Made by a program: the position numbers and the translations under genes. From NCBI GenBank assembly GCA_963716525.1, contig OY970315.1:3996682-4060681 (forward strand): a DNA stretch of 64,000 bases, in the 5' to 3' direction. Under the pieces are notes generated by a model, which saw only the letters and a list, made by a program, of their open reading frames with translations, searched no databases and was not told the origin of the DNA. This DNA comes from an uncultured Actinomycetes bacterium. GTDB taxonomy: Bacteria > Actinomycetota > Acidimicrobiia > IMCC26256 > PALSA-610. Below are positions 21,057 to 30,154 of the stretch, piece by piece. Position 1 is the first letter of the stretch; each line of letters begins with the position of its first letter.

Positions 21057-21740
21057 CGGCTCTCCCTTCCGGGTGGAGATCGAGGTGAGCCCGGGCACGA
21101 CGAAGTCGGCCACGAGCATGCGAACGGCGTGCGGGTCGGCGAGCGTTGCGGGTACGGGGTCGCACCCGTCGAGCGAGACGAGGTATGCGGTGACGAGCCG
21201 GGCGAGCCACTCGCCGGCGCGGGCCGCCGCGGCCGGCTCGAGCCAGCGGTCGAGCAGGTCGACGGCGAGGGCCGACGCCGCGGTGAAGGCGTGCTGCATG
21301 CGGTCGAGCGCGAGGAACGGCATGACCGTCTCGGGTTCGTGCTCGAGCACGAACCGCAGCGCATCGATCGACTCGAGCTGTTCGACCGCGGCGCCGGTGG
21401 CCGCGACGAGCGCGTCGGCGAGCGAGCCGGCGGGCGCGACCGCGTGGCGCACGGCGTCGGCGAGGCGGGCCACCTCCCGGGCCACGAGGGCCTCGAACAG
21501 CGGCCTGCGACCCGCGAAGTAGCGGTAGACGGTCGCCCGGCTGAGGCCGGCCTGGCGGGCGACGTCGTCGAAGGTGGTCTTGGCCGGGCCCACCCGGCCG
21601 AGGCATGCGAGCGCGGCGTCGAGGATCCGGTCGGGCACCGGGATCACGAGTTCGGGCGCTTCGGACAGCGCGGGCGCTTCGGACCGAGCGGGCAGAGCGG
21701 ACAGAGCGGACAGCGCGGGCGGCGCGGACAGTGCGGGCAT
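21051..21740 (-). CDS. TetR/AcrR family transcriptional regulator
   Basis: HTH segment TTFDDVARQAGLSRATVYRYF. The N-terminus carries PALS-type repeats. Confidence 0.85.
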   Translation of the reverse strand: MPALSAPPALSALSALPARSEAPALSEAPELVIPVPDRILDAALACLGRVGPAKTTFDDVARQAGLSRATVYRYFAGRRPLFEALVAREVARLADAVRHAVAPAGSLADALVAATGAAVEQLESIDALRFVLEHEPETVMPFLALDRMQHAFTAASALAVDLLDRWLEPAAAARAGEWLARLVTAYLVSLDGCDPVPATLADPHAVRMLVADFVVPGLTSISTRKGEPQ

Positions 21741-21743
21741 TCA

Positions 21744-21770
21744 TGAGACAATTACCCGCTCAGTGTCTCA
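21744..21770. promoter_or_regulatory. candidate TetR operator: TGAGACA-N13-TGTCTCA inverted repeat
   Basis: Perfect 7-bp arms in a locally AT-richer stretch, immediately upstream of the TetR start at 21740. Confidence 0.3.
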
Positions 21771-21868
21771 GTGTCAAGGCGCCGCCCGTCACACGAGTGC
21801 TCGCGGACGCGAACGCACCGCCCCGGGCGGGGCCCGGCCCGGCGAACGACGGCCGGATCGCGGGTGGG

Positions 21869-22501
21869 TCAGGCGACGACGGCTGTGTGGTCTCCCGCGA
21901 CGCAGGCCTGCACGAAGTCGTCGAAGGCGGCGACGTCGAACGACACGGCGAGACCCCCCGTGTCGGGATGCTCGATGTGCAACACCGGGCAGAACCAGTC
22001 GTGGCCGCCCACGAAGAAGTGCGGCGAGCCGAGCACGCCCCGCCGGCGGCCGTCGTGCCAGTCGTCGATCACGTCCTGCTCGGCGTCGAGCGGCACGTGG
22101 AGCCCGAGCGACGCGGCGATCCGCTGCAGCGTGCAGTGGCAGGAGATGTCGAGACCGTCCTCGAACAGGGCATCGCGCAGGAGCAGGCTCGCCCGCTCGC
22201 CGGTGGCGATGTCCTTGCGGTAGGCGGTCGCCGCGACCGCGAGGGCCGGCAGCGACGTGTAAGGGAAGTGGGCCGGCTCGAACGCCCGGAACAGCTCCGG
22301 AGCCACCGACGCCCGCAGCGCGGCGACCTTGTCGGCCACGGGGCCGGGCTCGAAGGGCGCACCGTTCACGAGCTCGAGCGGCCATGCCCGCACGCGGATC
22401 TGGAAGTCGGCACCGAGCTGCCGCCGCCGCTCCACGAGCCGGTGCAGACCCACGTGGGTGAACGGGCACACGATGTCGGCGAACACCTCGACCACGGTCA
22501 T
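21869..22501 (-). CDS. DsbA-family oxidoreductase / 2-hydroxychromene-2-carboxylate isomerase-like protein
   Basis: MTVVEVFADIVCPFTHVG... N-terminal C-P-F-T active-site-like motif and GSPHFFVGG near the C-terminus, typical of the DSBA-like thioredoxin family. Confidence 0.7.
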   Translation of the reverse strand: MTVVEVFADIVCPFTHVGLHRLVERRRQLGADFQIRVRAWPLELVNGAPFEPGPVADKVAALRASVAPELFRAFEPAHFPYTSLPALAVAATAYRKDIATGERASLLLRDALFEDGLDISCHCTLQRIAASLGLHVPLDAEQDVIDDWHDGRRRGVLGSPHFFVGGHDWFCPVLHIEHPDTGGLAVSFDVAAFDDFVQACVAGDHTAVVA

Positions 22502-22565
22502 GCATCGACCGTACGGACGTGGGGCCCCGCCGGGCCAGGGTCGAACGTCCCGACGCCACCGTCGC

Positions 22566-22605
22566 TGTCCCATCGGGAGCCAAGTCCTTGGCTCCTGATG
22601 GGACA
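22566..22605. repeat. palindromic element type 2, copy A (TGTCCCATCGGGAGCCAAG-tc-CTTGGCTCCTGATGGGACA)
   Basis: 19-bp arms with one mismatch. Near-identical to the copy at 41654..41695. Intergenic, between the TetR stop and the DsbA-like start. Confidence 0.85.
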
Positions 22606-22638
22606 ACGGGCAAAGGCGGGTGAGGCGGGTCAGGCGGG

Positions 22639-23241
22639 TCAGGCGACGATGCCACCGAGGAGCTCGGTGCGCACGAGGTCGGCGAGCTGGGCCGGGTCGT
22701 CGTAGTCCCACCGGCCCGGCGATCCGATGAGCGACAGCACCATCCGGGCCACGTAGTCGGCGGCGCGCCCCACGTCGACGCCCTCGCGCAGGCGGCCCGC
22801 GGCCCGCTCCCGCTCCAGATACGGGAACAGGAACGCGGCGATGAACGGCACGGTGCGCGCCGACTCGGTGGTGAGCAGGCCGAGCAGCCGCTCGGGCTCG
22901 GTCTCGAGGATCTTCTGCAACAGCTCGTGCGACTCGAGCGAGCGGCGCGCGAAGCGCAGCCCCTCGGCCACGAGGCTGTTGAGGTCGGGCTCGTCGCGCA
23001 CGTGGTCGGCGAGCCGGGTGAGGAAGTGCGCGATCTCCCACCCGACGGTGTCGCGCACCAGCTCGTCACGGCCGCCCGGGAAGTAGCGGTAGATCGTGGC
23101 GCGCGACACGCCCGACTCCTTCACGACGTCCTCGACCGTGGTCTTGCCGAGCCCGTAGCGCGAGACGCACGCGTACGTGGCGCCGAGCAGCCGCTCGCGC
23201 ATCGACAGCGGGTCGGCGCCGGACGCCGACCCGGCGGTCAT
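22639..23241 (-). CDS. TetR family transcriptional regulator, divergent from bioAFD (candidate BioQ-like biotin regulator)
   Basis: HTH segment TTVEDVVKESGVSRATIYRYF. Only the last 200 aa of the 701-aa ORF are credible, with the start at MTAGSASG. The regulatory role is inferred from position only. Confidence 0.8.
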   Translation of the reverse strand: MTAGSASGADPLSMRERLLGATYACVSRYGLGKTTVEDVVKESGVSRATIYRYFPGGRDELVRDTVGWEIAHFLTRLADHVRDEPDLNSLVAEGLRFARRSLESHELLQKILETEPERLLGLLTTESARTVPFIAAFLFPYLERERAAGRLREGVDVGRAADYVARMVLSLIGSPGRWDYDDPAQLADLVRTELLGGIVA

Positions 23242-23370
23242 CGCTGCGCTCCCACCGACCCGGTCATCACGGTCATCGCGACCATTATCGCCACTACGGT
23301 TGCCGCCCGTGAGCAGCGGCGCACGCACACACGACGACCGCCCGAGCAGCGAGGAAAGGCCCCCCGGCCC

Positions 23371-24669
23371 GTGAGCGCAGCGAACCAGCGGGAAGAGTGG
23401 TGCGCGCGCGACGCCGCGGTCGTGTGGCACGGCTTCACGCAGATGGCCACCTACGCCGAGAACCGGCCTGTGATCGTGGATCGGGCCGACGGCCACGAGG
23501 TGATCGACGTCGACGGCCACCGTTACCTCGACGCCATCTCGTCGCTGTGGGTCACCACCCTCGGACATCACGTGCCGGAGCTCGACGCCGCGATCCGAGA
23601 ACAGCTCGAGCGCGGGGCCCACACGACAATGCTCGGCAACGGCAACCGCGTGGTGATCGAGCTGTCCGAACGCCTCGCGCCGCTCGTGCCGGTCGACGAT
23701 CCACACTTCCTCTACGCGTCCGACGGCGCGTCCGCGGTCGAGCAGGCGCTGAAGATCGCGTTCCAGTACTGGGTGAACATCCGCCGGCCGCGCCGCACGT
23801 TCCTCGCCTTCGCCGGCGCATACCACGGTGACACGCTCGGCGCCCTCTCGGTGGGCGACCGCGGCTTCGGCACCGACATCTTCGATCCGCTCACCTTCCC
23901 GGTGGTGCGTGCGCCCGCGTTCACCGACCCGCAGTGCATCGACGCGGCGTGCGAGCTCGTCGCCCGCCACCGGGAGGAGCTGGCCGCCGTGATCGTGGAG
24001 CCGAGCGTGCAGGGCGCGGCGGGAATGCTCATGGCCGACCCCGGCGGCTTCTCGCAGCTGCGCCGGGCGTGCGACGAGCACGACGTGCTGCTGATCTGCG
24101 ACGAGGTCGCCACCGGCTTCGGCCGTACCGGCACGCTCTTCGCGTCCGAGCACTGCGGCATCCGCCCCGATCTGCTGTGCCTCGGCAAGGGCCTCACCGC
24201 GGGTTACCTGCCGATGTCGGCCACCGTCGCGAGTGGCCGCGTGTTCGGCGAGTTCCTCGGCGCCGACCTCGGCCCCCGCACCCTGTACCACGGTCACTCC
24301 TACAGCGGGAACGCGCTGGCCGCCGCGGTCGCGCTCCGCCACCTCGAGCTCATCGAGGCCTACGACGTGCTCGGCAACGTGCGCGAGCGCTCCGAGGAGT
24401 TGCAGGGTCTGCTCGACGATCGGATCGCGCCGCACCCGGCCGTGAGGGAGGTCCGGCTGCGCGGCCTCATGGGCGGCGTGGAGCTCGCGCCGCCGCACGA
24501 CGGCTTGCGCTGGGGGCGGCGCGTCTGCGCCGCGGCGGTCGAGCGCGGAGTGCTGCTGCGACCGCTCGGCGACGTGGTGGTGCTGATGCCGCCCCTCACG
24601 ATCACGTCGCAAGAGTTGTCGCAGATCGTGGAAGCGCTGTGCGAGGCCCTCGACGAGGTGTGCGCGTGA
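23371..24669 (+). CDS. bioA: adenosylmethionine-8-amino-7-oxononanoate aminotransferase
   Basis: VWHGFTQM..., class-III aminotransferase motifs (ASDGASAVEQALK, LICDEVATGFGRTG, GKGLTAGYLP). GTG start at 23371. Confidence 0.9.
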   Translation: MSAANQREEWCARDAAVVWHGFTQMATYAENRPVIVDRADGHEVIDVDGHRYLDAISSLWVTTLGHHVPELDAAIREQLERGAHTTMLGNGNRVVIELSERLAPLVPVDDPHFLYASDGASAVEQALKIAFQYWVNIRRPRRTFLAFAGAYHGDTLGALSVGDRGFGTDIFDPLTFPVVRAPAFTDPQCIDAACELVARHREELAAVIVEPSVQGAAGMLMADPGGFSQLRRACDEHDVLLICDEVATGFGRTGTLFASEHCGIRPDLLCLGKGLTAGYLPMSATVASGRVFGEFLGADLGPRTLYHGHSYSGNALAAAVALRHLELIEAYDVLGNVRERSEELQGLLDDRIAPHPAVREVRLRGLMGGVELAPPHDGLRWGRRVCAAAVERGVLLRPLGDVVVLMPPLTITSQELSQIVEALCEALDEVCA

Positions 24670-25925
24670 TCCCCGAGAACGCGTGGACGGCCTGGGCCGA
24701 AGCGACCACGTGCCGCCTTCACGGCGCGCAGCGCTGGCGGGCACCGCGCGCGTTCGACGGCGACGGCGTCGCCGGCACGTACGAGGGACGCGATGGTGTG
24801 GTGTCGTTCGCGTCGAACGACTATCTCGGGCTCACGCACCACCCCGACGTGATCGCGGCCGCACACGCAGCGCTTGACCGTGACGGCGCGGGGAGCGGGT
24901 CGGCGCGACTCATCGTGGGCGCGCGTGCCGTGCACGACGAGCTCGAAGCTGAGCTCGCGGCATGGAAGGACGAGCCCGCGGCGGTGCTGTTCCCCACCGG
25001 CTTCGCCGCGAACATCGGCACGCTCGCGGCGTTCGGCGGCCCGCACACGCTCGTGTGCTCCGACGAGCTGAACCATGCGTCGATCGTCGACGGCTGCCGC
25101 CTCTCGCGCTCCGACGTAGCGGTGTTCCGCCACCGCGACCTCGACCATCTCGCGACGCTCCTCGACGACCGCAGCGGGCGGTACGAGCGCGCGATCGTGG
25201 CGAGCGACTCGGTGTTCTCGATGGACGGCGACCTCGCCGACGTCGCGGGCCTCATCGCGCTGTGCGCGGAGCACGGCGCGCTGCTCGTGCTCGACGAGGC
25301 GCACGCGGTGCTCGGTCCGCATCCCGACGCGGGCGCGCTCGCGGCCATCCCGCACGTGCGGGTGGGCACGCTGTCGAAGACGCTCGGCGCGCTCGGCGGC
25401 TTCGTCGCGGGCCCGCGCGTGTTCACCGATCTGCTCGTGAACCTCGCACGCTCGTACATCTTCACCACCGCGCCCACGCCGGCCGACACCGCTGCCGCGC
25501 TCGCCGCGCTGCGCGTGCTGCGGTCGGGCGACGGTGCCGCGCTCGTGGCCCGGCTCGCCGCCAACGTCGCGCGGCTCGAGCCCACCGCACGCTCGCCGAT
25601 CGTGCCGGTGATGTGCGGCGACGACCACAGCGCGCTCCAGGCCGCGGCCACGCTCCTCGACCGCGGCTTCCTCGTGCCGGCGATCAGGCCGCCCACCGTG
25701 CCTCCGGGAACGTCGCGCCTGCGCATCGCGTGCAGCGCGGCCCACACCGGCCCGCAGATCGACGCGCTGCGGCACGCGCTCGTCGAAGTGGGGTTGTGGC
25801 CCCCACCGGCGGAGGCAACAGGCAAGGCCGCGGCCGAGGCCGCTCCTGCAGCCGAGCGGGAGTCGCGCTCGACATGCTCGTGGTCGTCACGGGCACGGGT
25901 ACCGACGTCGGCAAGACCTACGTGA
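24666..25925 (+). CDS. bioF: 8-amino-7-oxononanoate synthase
   Basis: FASNDYLGL, SDELNHASIVDG, DEAHA and the PLP-lysine context GTLSKTLG. The GTG start overlaps the bioA stop (GTGA). The 3' end overlaps bioD by 52 nt, so the exact stop is uncertain. Confidence 0.85.
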   Translation: MIPENAWTAWAEATTCRLHGAQRWRAPRAFDGDGVAGTYEGRDGVVSFASNDYLGLTHHPDVIAAAHAALDRDGAGSGSARLIVGARAVHDELEAELAAWKDEPAAVLFPTGFAANIGTLAAFGGPHTLVCSDELNHASIVDGCRLSRSDVAVFRHRDLDHLATLLDDRSGRYERAIVASDSVFSMDGDLADVAGLIALCAEHGALLVLDEAHAVLGPHPDAGALAAIPHVRVGTLSKTLGALGGFVAGPRVFTDLLVNLARSYIFTTAPTPADTAAALAALRVLRSGDGAALVARLAANVARLEPTARSPIVPVMCGDDHSALQAAATLLDRGFLVPAIRPPTVPPGTSRLRIACSAAHTGPQIDALRHALVEVGLWPPPAEATGKAAAEAAPAAERESRSTCSWSSRARVPTSARPT

Positions 25926-26519
25926 CCGCGGCGACGATCGCGGTGCTACGCAGTGCGGGCGCGCAGGTGCAGGCGTGGAAGCCCGTGCAGAGCTACACGC
26001 GCGAGGAGCTCGGCGGCACCGATGCCGAGGTGCTGGCGCGCGCCGTCGGAAGGTCGCCGTACGACGTGTGCCCGCGGCACCGCTGGCTCGCGCTCGCGAT
26101 GGCACCACCGATCGCCAACGCCGCGCTCGATGGGCCACCGTTCACGATCGCGACACTCGCGCGACGAGTTCCGTCGCGAACCCACGTGCGACTTCGTGTT
26201 CGTGGAAGGCGCGGGCGGCGTGCGCTCACCGCTCGCCGACGACGGCGACACGCTGTCGTTGTGCGAGGCGCTCGACCCCGATGCGGTCGTGGTGGTGGCG
26301 CACCCCCGCCTCGGCACGCTCAACGAGGTGCGGCTCACAGTCGGCACGCTGTCGCGCTGGCCAGTGACCGTGGTGTTGAACCGTTACGACGACGGCGACC
26401 ACGTGCAGCGCGCCAACCTGCTGTGGCTGCGCGCCCGCGACCGCTTCGACGTCGTGCTCGACGCCGACGAGCTCGCCGTGGCGCTCACACGCCGAGCAGC
26501 GGATCGAGCCCGATCGTAA
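25874..26519 (+). pseudogene. bioD: dethiobiotin synthetase, frameshift near 26158-26166
   Basis: MLVVVTGTGTDVGKTYVTAA (P-loop) lies in the frame of ORF 24962..26572. The protein continues as DEFRREPTCDFVFVEGAGGVRSPL in the frame of ORF 25953..26519. Confidence 0.8.
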
Positions 26520-27303
26520 GGCCGGGCCGGTGCGCCACCTCGCGCACCGCGAGGAGCACGCCCGGCATGTAGGCATCGCGGTCGAAGCTGTCGTGGCGGA
26601 TCGTCAAGGTCTGCCCGGCGGTGCCGAGCACCACCTCCTGGTGCGCGAACACGCCACGGAGCCGCACCGAGTGCACCGGGATGCCGTCGACGGTCGCCCC
26701 GCGCGCGCCCGGCACCGTGTGCGTCTCGGTGGGGTCGGGCGTCCAGCTGCTGCTCGCCGCAGCCATGCGCTGGGCGGTGCGGACCGCCGTGCCCGACGGC
26801 GCGTCGATCTTGCGGTCGTGGTGCAGCTCGATGATCTCGGCCGACTCGAACCACGGCGCGGCCATCTCGGCGAAGCGCATCATCAGCACCGCGCCGATCG
26901 TGAAGTTCGGCGCGACGATCGCGTTGGCGGCGCTCGCCTCGAAGAGGCGTGCGTACTCGTCGAGGTCGGCCGCGGTGAAGCCCGTGGTGCCCACCACCGC
27001 ATGGATGCCGTGCTCGGCGTACTGCGGCACGTTCTTGCGCGCCGCACCGAGCACGGTGAAGTCGACGGCCACCTCCACACCGGCGTCGACGAACGCCGAG
27101 AGGTCGGACGCGATCTCGACCGCGCTCCCCTCGACCGCGCTCCCCTCGCCCGCGCTCTGTTCGACCGCGCTCTGTTCGACCGTCTCGCCCGCGTGCTGCG
27201 GGTCGACGGCTGCGACGAGCGCGAGGTCGCCGGCACCCAGCACCGCCCGGCACACCGTCTGGCCCATCCGTCCCCCCGCACCGGAGACTCCTACGCGCAG
27301 CAC
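26485..27303 (-). CDS. dapB: 4-hydroxy-tetrahydrodipicolinate reductase
   Basis: VLRVGVSGAGGRMGQ (NAD(P)-binding), EIIELHHDRKIDAPSGTA and other signature motifs. GTG start at 27303. Contains an in-frame repeat insertion. Confidence 0.9.
   Translation of the reverse strand: MLRVGVSGAGGRMGQTVCRAVLGAGDLALVAAVDPQHAGETVEQSAVEQSAGEGSAVEGSAVEIASDLSAFVDAGVEVAVDFTVLGAARKNVPQYAEHGIHAVVGTTGFTAADLDEYARLFEASAANAIVAPNFTIGAVLMMRFAEMAAPWFESAEIIELHHDRKIDAPSGTAVRTAQRMAAASSSWTPDPTETHTVPGARGATVDGIPVHSVRLRGVFAHQEVVLGTAGQTLTIRHDSFDRDAYMPGVLLAVREVAHRPGLTIGLDPLLGV
27117..27191. repeat. 4-5 x 15-bp tandem repeat inside dapB
   Basis: Units cgaccgcgctcccct (x2), cgcccgcgctctgtt, cgaccgcgctctgtt, and one degenerate unit. 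Encodes ETVEQSAVEQSAGEGSAVEGSAVE between the N-terminal Rossmann strands. Confidence 0.9.
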
Positions 27304-27527
27304 GGAACCGACTGTAACGGCCGGCCCGCAGCCGCGCCGTGAGGGTGGCGTATCGCGGCGCGAACGGCACATCCGTGAACGGCGTCACATCGCGGCGGCC
27401 CCCATCCGATGCCGTGACCGCTGATCGGTCACGTTCACGTCCGCGGCCCTCGACGTGACGCCCGTGCCGTGTTCTGGTGCCCGCAGCCGCGCGTCCGCCA
27501 CCGCGTGGGCTTGGAGGATACGAACTC

Positions 27528-29843
27528 ATGCTGCGCCGACCGCTCTCGGCAGTACTCGCGCTCGGCCTCGCCGGTCTCGGCGTCGCCGCCGCGCTCAGTC
27601 TTCCCGCCCACGCGGGCAGCCCCACCGTGCACACGGGCACATCGAGCACCGACGCGGCGCCGTCGTGCTGGGCGATCAAGCAGAGCTTCCCGTCGAGCCA
27701 CGACGGGATCTACTGGCTCGAGACCTCGGCGCTCGGGGCACCGCAGCCGTTCTACTGCGACATGACCACCGACGGCGGTGGTTGGGTGCTCGTCGGCCGG
27801 GGCCGCAGCGGTTGGAAGTGGCGCGAGAGCGGGCAGGGCACCGCGGCCGCGTTGCGCACGACGATCAGTGGGCCCGGCGCGTTCTACCCGTCGACGCTCT
27901 CGGAGCAGGTGATCGAGGGGCTCATGGCCGGCGGCCGTCCCGACGCGCTGGCCGACGGCATCCGCCTGGTGCGGGCCACGAACACCTCCGGCACGAGTTG
28001 GCAGGAGGCCCGCTGGCACCTCGGCACGACCGCGACATGGTCGTGGGAGTTCGCCGGCGGCGAGCCGCTCTCCGCATACAGCTACGGCACTCGGAGCGCG
28101 ACGAGCTCGGGATACTCGACGACGACCGCGAGCAGCGGCTTCGACAACGCGTACGACCGCGCGACGCTCGACACTGGCAGCGCCGGCCACAAGCAGACGT
28201 CGGGCTTCGCGTTCGGCACGAGCGTCACCGGCAGCACGGCGTCGAGCTCGTTCCTCGCGGCCGGCGTGAAGGGCAGCGGCGCGCTTCCGTTCACGCAGGT
28301 GTGGATCCGCCCGAAGGTCGACGACTCGCAGACTGGTTTCACGGCGGTGCCTGACTCCGGCACGGACGCGCAGACGCTGTCGTGGCTGCCGCAGAGCGCC
28401 CCGCAGACGATGCAGTGGGGTGTGGTGGGCGTGAAGAAGGTGGCCGACCCCGATCCCGACAACGACGCGCCCGCCCACGCGCTGCAGCAGGTGGGCAACA
28501 CGATGTTCGTGGGCGGCAAGTTCGCGGCGGTCCAGAAGGGCGCCGGCGGCCCCCAGTACGACCAGTCGTGGCTCGCGGCATTCGACGTGCAGACCGGCAC
28601 GTGGATCTCCACGTTCCGGCCGCAGCTCGACGGTGAGGTGTTCAGCCTCGCGGCCGCGCCGAATGGCAACCTCATCGTGGGTGGCAACTTCACGAACGTG
28701 AACGGTGCGCCGAACACGGCCGGCCTCGCCGAGCTCGACCCCACCAGCGGCGCGGTCGTGTCCGGCTTCACCGCCTCCGTGTCGAACCCGCGCTACGGCG
28801 CCGCCCGCCCCTATGTGCGCAAGGTCGCGGTGTCCGGCAACTGGCTCTACGTCGGCGGCGGCTTCAACCGCCTCACCGGCGGCCCGACGATGCGCACGGT
28901 GGTGCCGCAAGGCCTTGGTCGCGTGCGGCTGAGCGACGGCACGCCCGACCAGCACTGGAAGGTGCCGACGGACCTGCCCGTGGTCGACATCTTCCCGTCG
29001 GACGACGGCACGCGCGTGTACATCGCCGGCTTCTTCCACAACGTCGACAACACTCCCGGTATCGACGCCGCGGCCGTGCTCGACGGCACGACCGGCGGCC
29101 TCCTTCCCGGCATGAACCGCCCGCAGTTCGACCAGGGCAATCAGCAGCACTGGTACCAGTACGCGATCTTCGAGTACGGCGACAAGGTGTACCTCGGGGG
29201 CTCGCAGCACGACCTGCAGGAGTACACGCAGGGATCGTTCTCGTGGGTCACCGGCCACGTGACGCAGTGGGGCGGCGACTTCCAGGCGGCGCGTGAGTTC
29301 CACGGCGTGGTCTTCGGTGGATGCCACTGCTACTTCTACGACTACGCGAACACCAGCTCCTGGCCGACCCCCACGAACTACTCGCAGGTGACGAGCTCCA
29401 ACTGGCTCGACGCGTACAGCGCCAACGGTCTCGTGAAGCAGAGCGACTTCGACCCGCAGTGGGCGATGGCATCGAGCGGCGAGGGCGTGTGGGGCATCAC
29501 GCTCGACAGCCACGACTGCGTGTGGGCAGCCGGCGACATGGTGCGCGGCGCGTACCACAAGGGTGTGGCCGACTGGCTCGGCGGCTTCGCCCGGTTCTGC
29601 TCCCGCGACACCACCGCACCGGGGGTGCCTACGAACGTCAAGATGTCGGGTAGCGACATCGTGTGGACGCCGTCCACCGACAATTCCGGCGTGGCACCCA
29701 CCTACGAGATCATCCGCGGCGACCGGGTGATCGCCACCACCACGAGGCGTCGCTTCACGCCTCCGGGCCCCGGCCGCTACTTCGTCCGGGCGATCGACGC
29801 CACCGGCAACCGTTCCGCCTCGACGATCGTCGTCAACGTCTGA
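27528..29843 (+). CDS. secreted protein with N-terminal fibrinogen-like YCDxxxxGGGW domain, central beta-propeller-like repeats and C-terminal FN3-like domain
   Basis: GGAGGA RBS 10 nt upstream. Signal peptide MLRRPLSAVLALGLAGLGVAAALSLPAHA. CWAIKQSFPSSHDGIYWLET...PFYCDMTTDGGGWVLVGRG matches the fibrinogen-related-domain core. Repeated GG(N/G/K)F..V(N/D) blades follow. The C-terminus is FN3-like (APGVPTNVKMSGSDIVWTPSTDNSGV). Confidence 0.8.
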   Translation: MLRRPLSAVLALGLAGLGVAAALSLPAHAGSPTVHTGTSSTDAAPSCWAIKQSFPSSHDGIYWLETSALGAPQPFYCDMTTDGGGWVLVGRGRSGWKWRESGQGTAAALRTTISGPGAFYPSTLSEQVIEGLMAGGRPDALADGIRLVRATNTSGTSWQEARWHLGTTATWSWEFAGGEPLSAYSYGTRSATSSGYSTTTASSGFDNAYDRATLDTGSAGHKQTSGFAFGTSVTGSTASSSFLAAGVKGSGALPFTQVWIRPKVDDSQTGFTAVPDSGTDAQTLSWLPQSAPQTMQWGVVGVKKVADPDPDNDAPAHALQQVGNTMFVGGKFAAVQKGAGGPQYDQSWLAAFDVQTGTWISTFRPQLDGEVFSLAAAPNGNLIVGGNFTNVNGAPNTAGLAELDPTSGAVVSGFTASVSNPRYGAARPYVRKVAVSGNWLYVGGGFNRLTGGPTMRTVVPQGLGRVRLSDGTPDQHWKVPTDLPVVDIFPSDDGTRVYIAGFFHNVDNTPGIDAAAVLDGTTGGLLPGMNRPQFDQGNQQHWYQYAIFEYGDKVYLGGSQHDLQEYTQGSFSWVTGHVTQWGGDFQAAREFHGVVFGGCHCYFYDYANTSSWPTPTNYSQVTSSNWLDAYSANGLVKQSDFDPQWAMASSGEGVWGITLDSHDCVWAAGDMVRGAYHKGVADWLGGFARFCSRDTTAPGVPTNVKMSGSDIVWTPSTDNSGVAPTYEIIRGDRVIATTTRRRFTPPGPGRYFVRAIDATGNRSASTIVVNV

Positions 29844-30063
29844 GCTCGCTGCGATCTCCGGGGGCGGCCGCGCCCGGGTGGTCGTCACACATCTTCCGTG
29901 CACAGGTTGCGCCGGGCTTCCTCTGGGCCCGGCGCGACCTCGCGGTTTGCCCCACCGGCCACGCTTCGAAACATTCGCGGCGCGTGTGCTGTCAGCCGGC
30001 GACAACGTTCCGTCGGTGGCCACCTGGCTCATGGTCACCTGACCCCACCCCGCCTCCTCCCCT

Positions 30064-30107
30064 CATGCGTCGTTTGGGACCGCTATTTGGTACCCAAACG
30101 ACGCATG
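30064..30107 (+). repeat. 44-bp hairpin repeat (REP/MITE-like), copy 1
   Basis: CATGCGTCGTTTGGG-ACCGCTATTTGGTA-CCCAAACGACGCATG. Perfect 15-bp stem. Intergenic, between convergent genes. Confidence 0.95.
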
Positions 30108-30154
30108 GTGGGGCGGGGAGACCTGCTGACGGGGCGCGCGTGTGCGTACGGGGG

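Noticed and set aside
22639-24744. 701-aa minus-strand ORF read as one protein. The same issue applies to 18032..21364 (1110 aa) and 19909..21744 (611 aa).
   Set aside because: Only the C-terminal parts correspond to recognisable proteins (TetR, GH5-like and diiron respectively). The N-terminal extensions are antisense to bioA or run through upstream genes in other frames.
27435-30038. 867-aa ORF on the minus strand opposite the fibrinogen-like protein gene
   Set aside because: It has Arg/Ala/Gly/Pro/Val-rich shadow-ORF composition with no recognisable motif. The plus-strand frame has an RBS, a signal peptide and clear domain motifs. Long antisense ORFs are expected at this GC content.
30064-30107. 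The 44-bp hairpins as sequencing adapters, vector remnants or intrinsic terminators
   Set aside because: They do not resemble the adapter hairpins I know. They are embedded in otherwise continuous coding context, including an open reading frame in proS. They also lack a following U-tract on either strand, so they are not classical terminators. They are kept as a repeat family instead.
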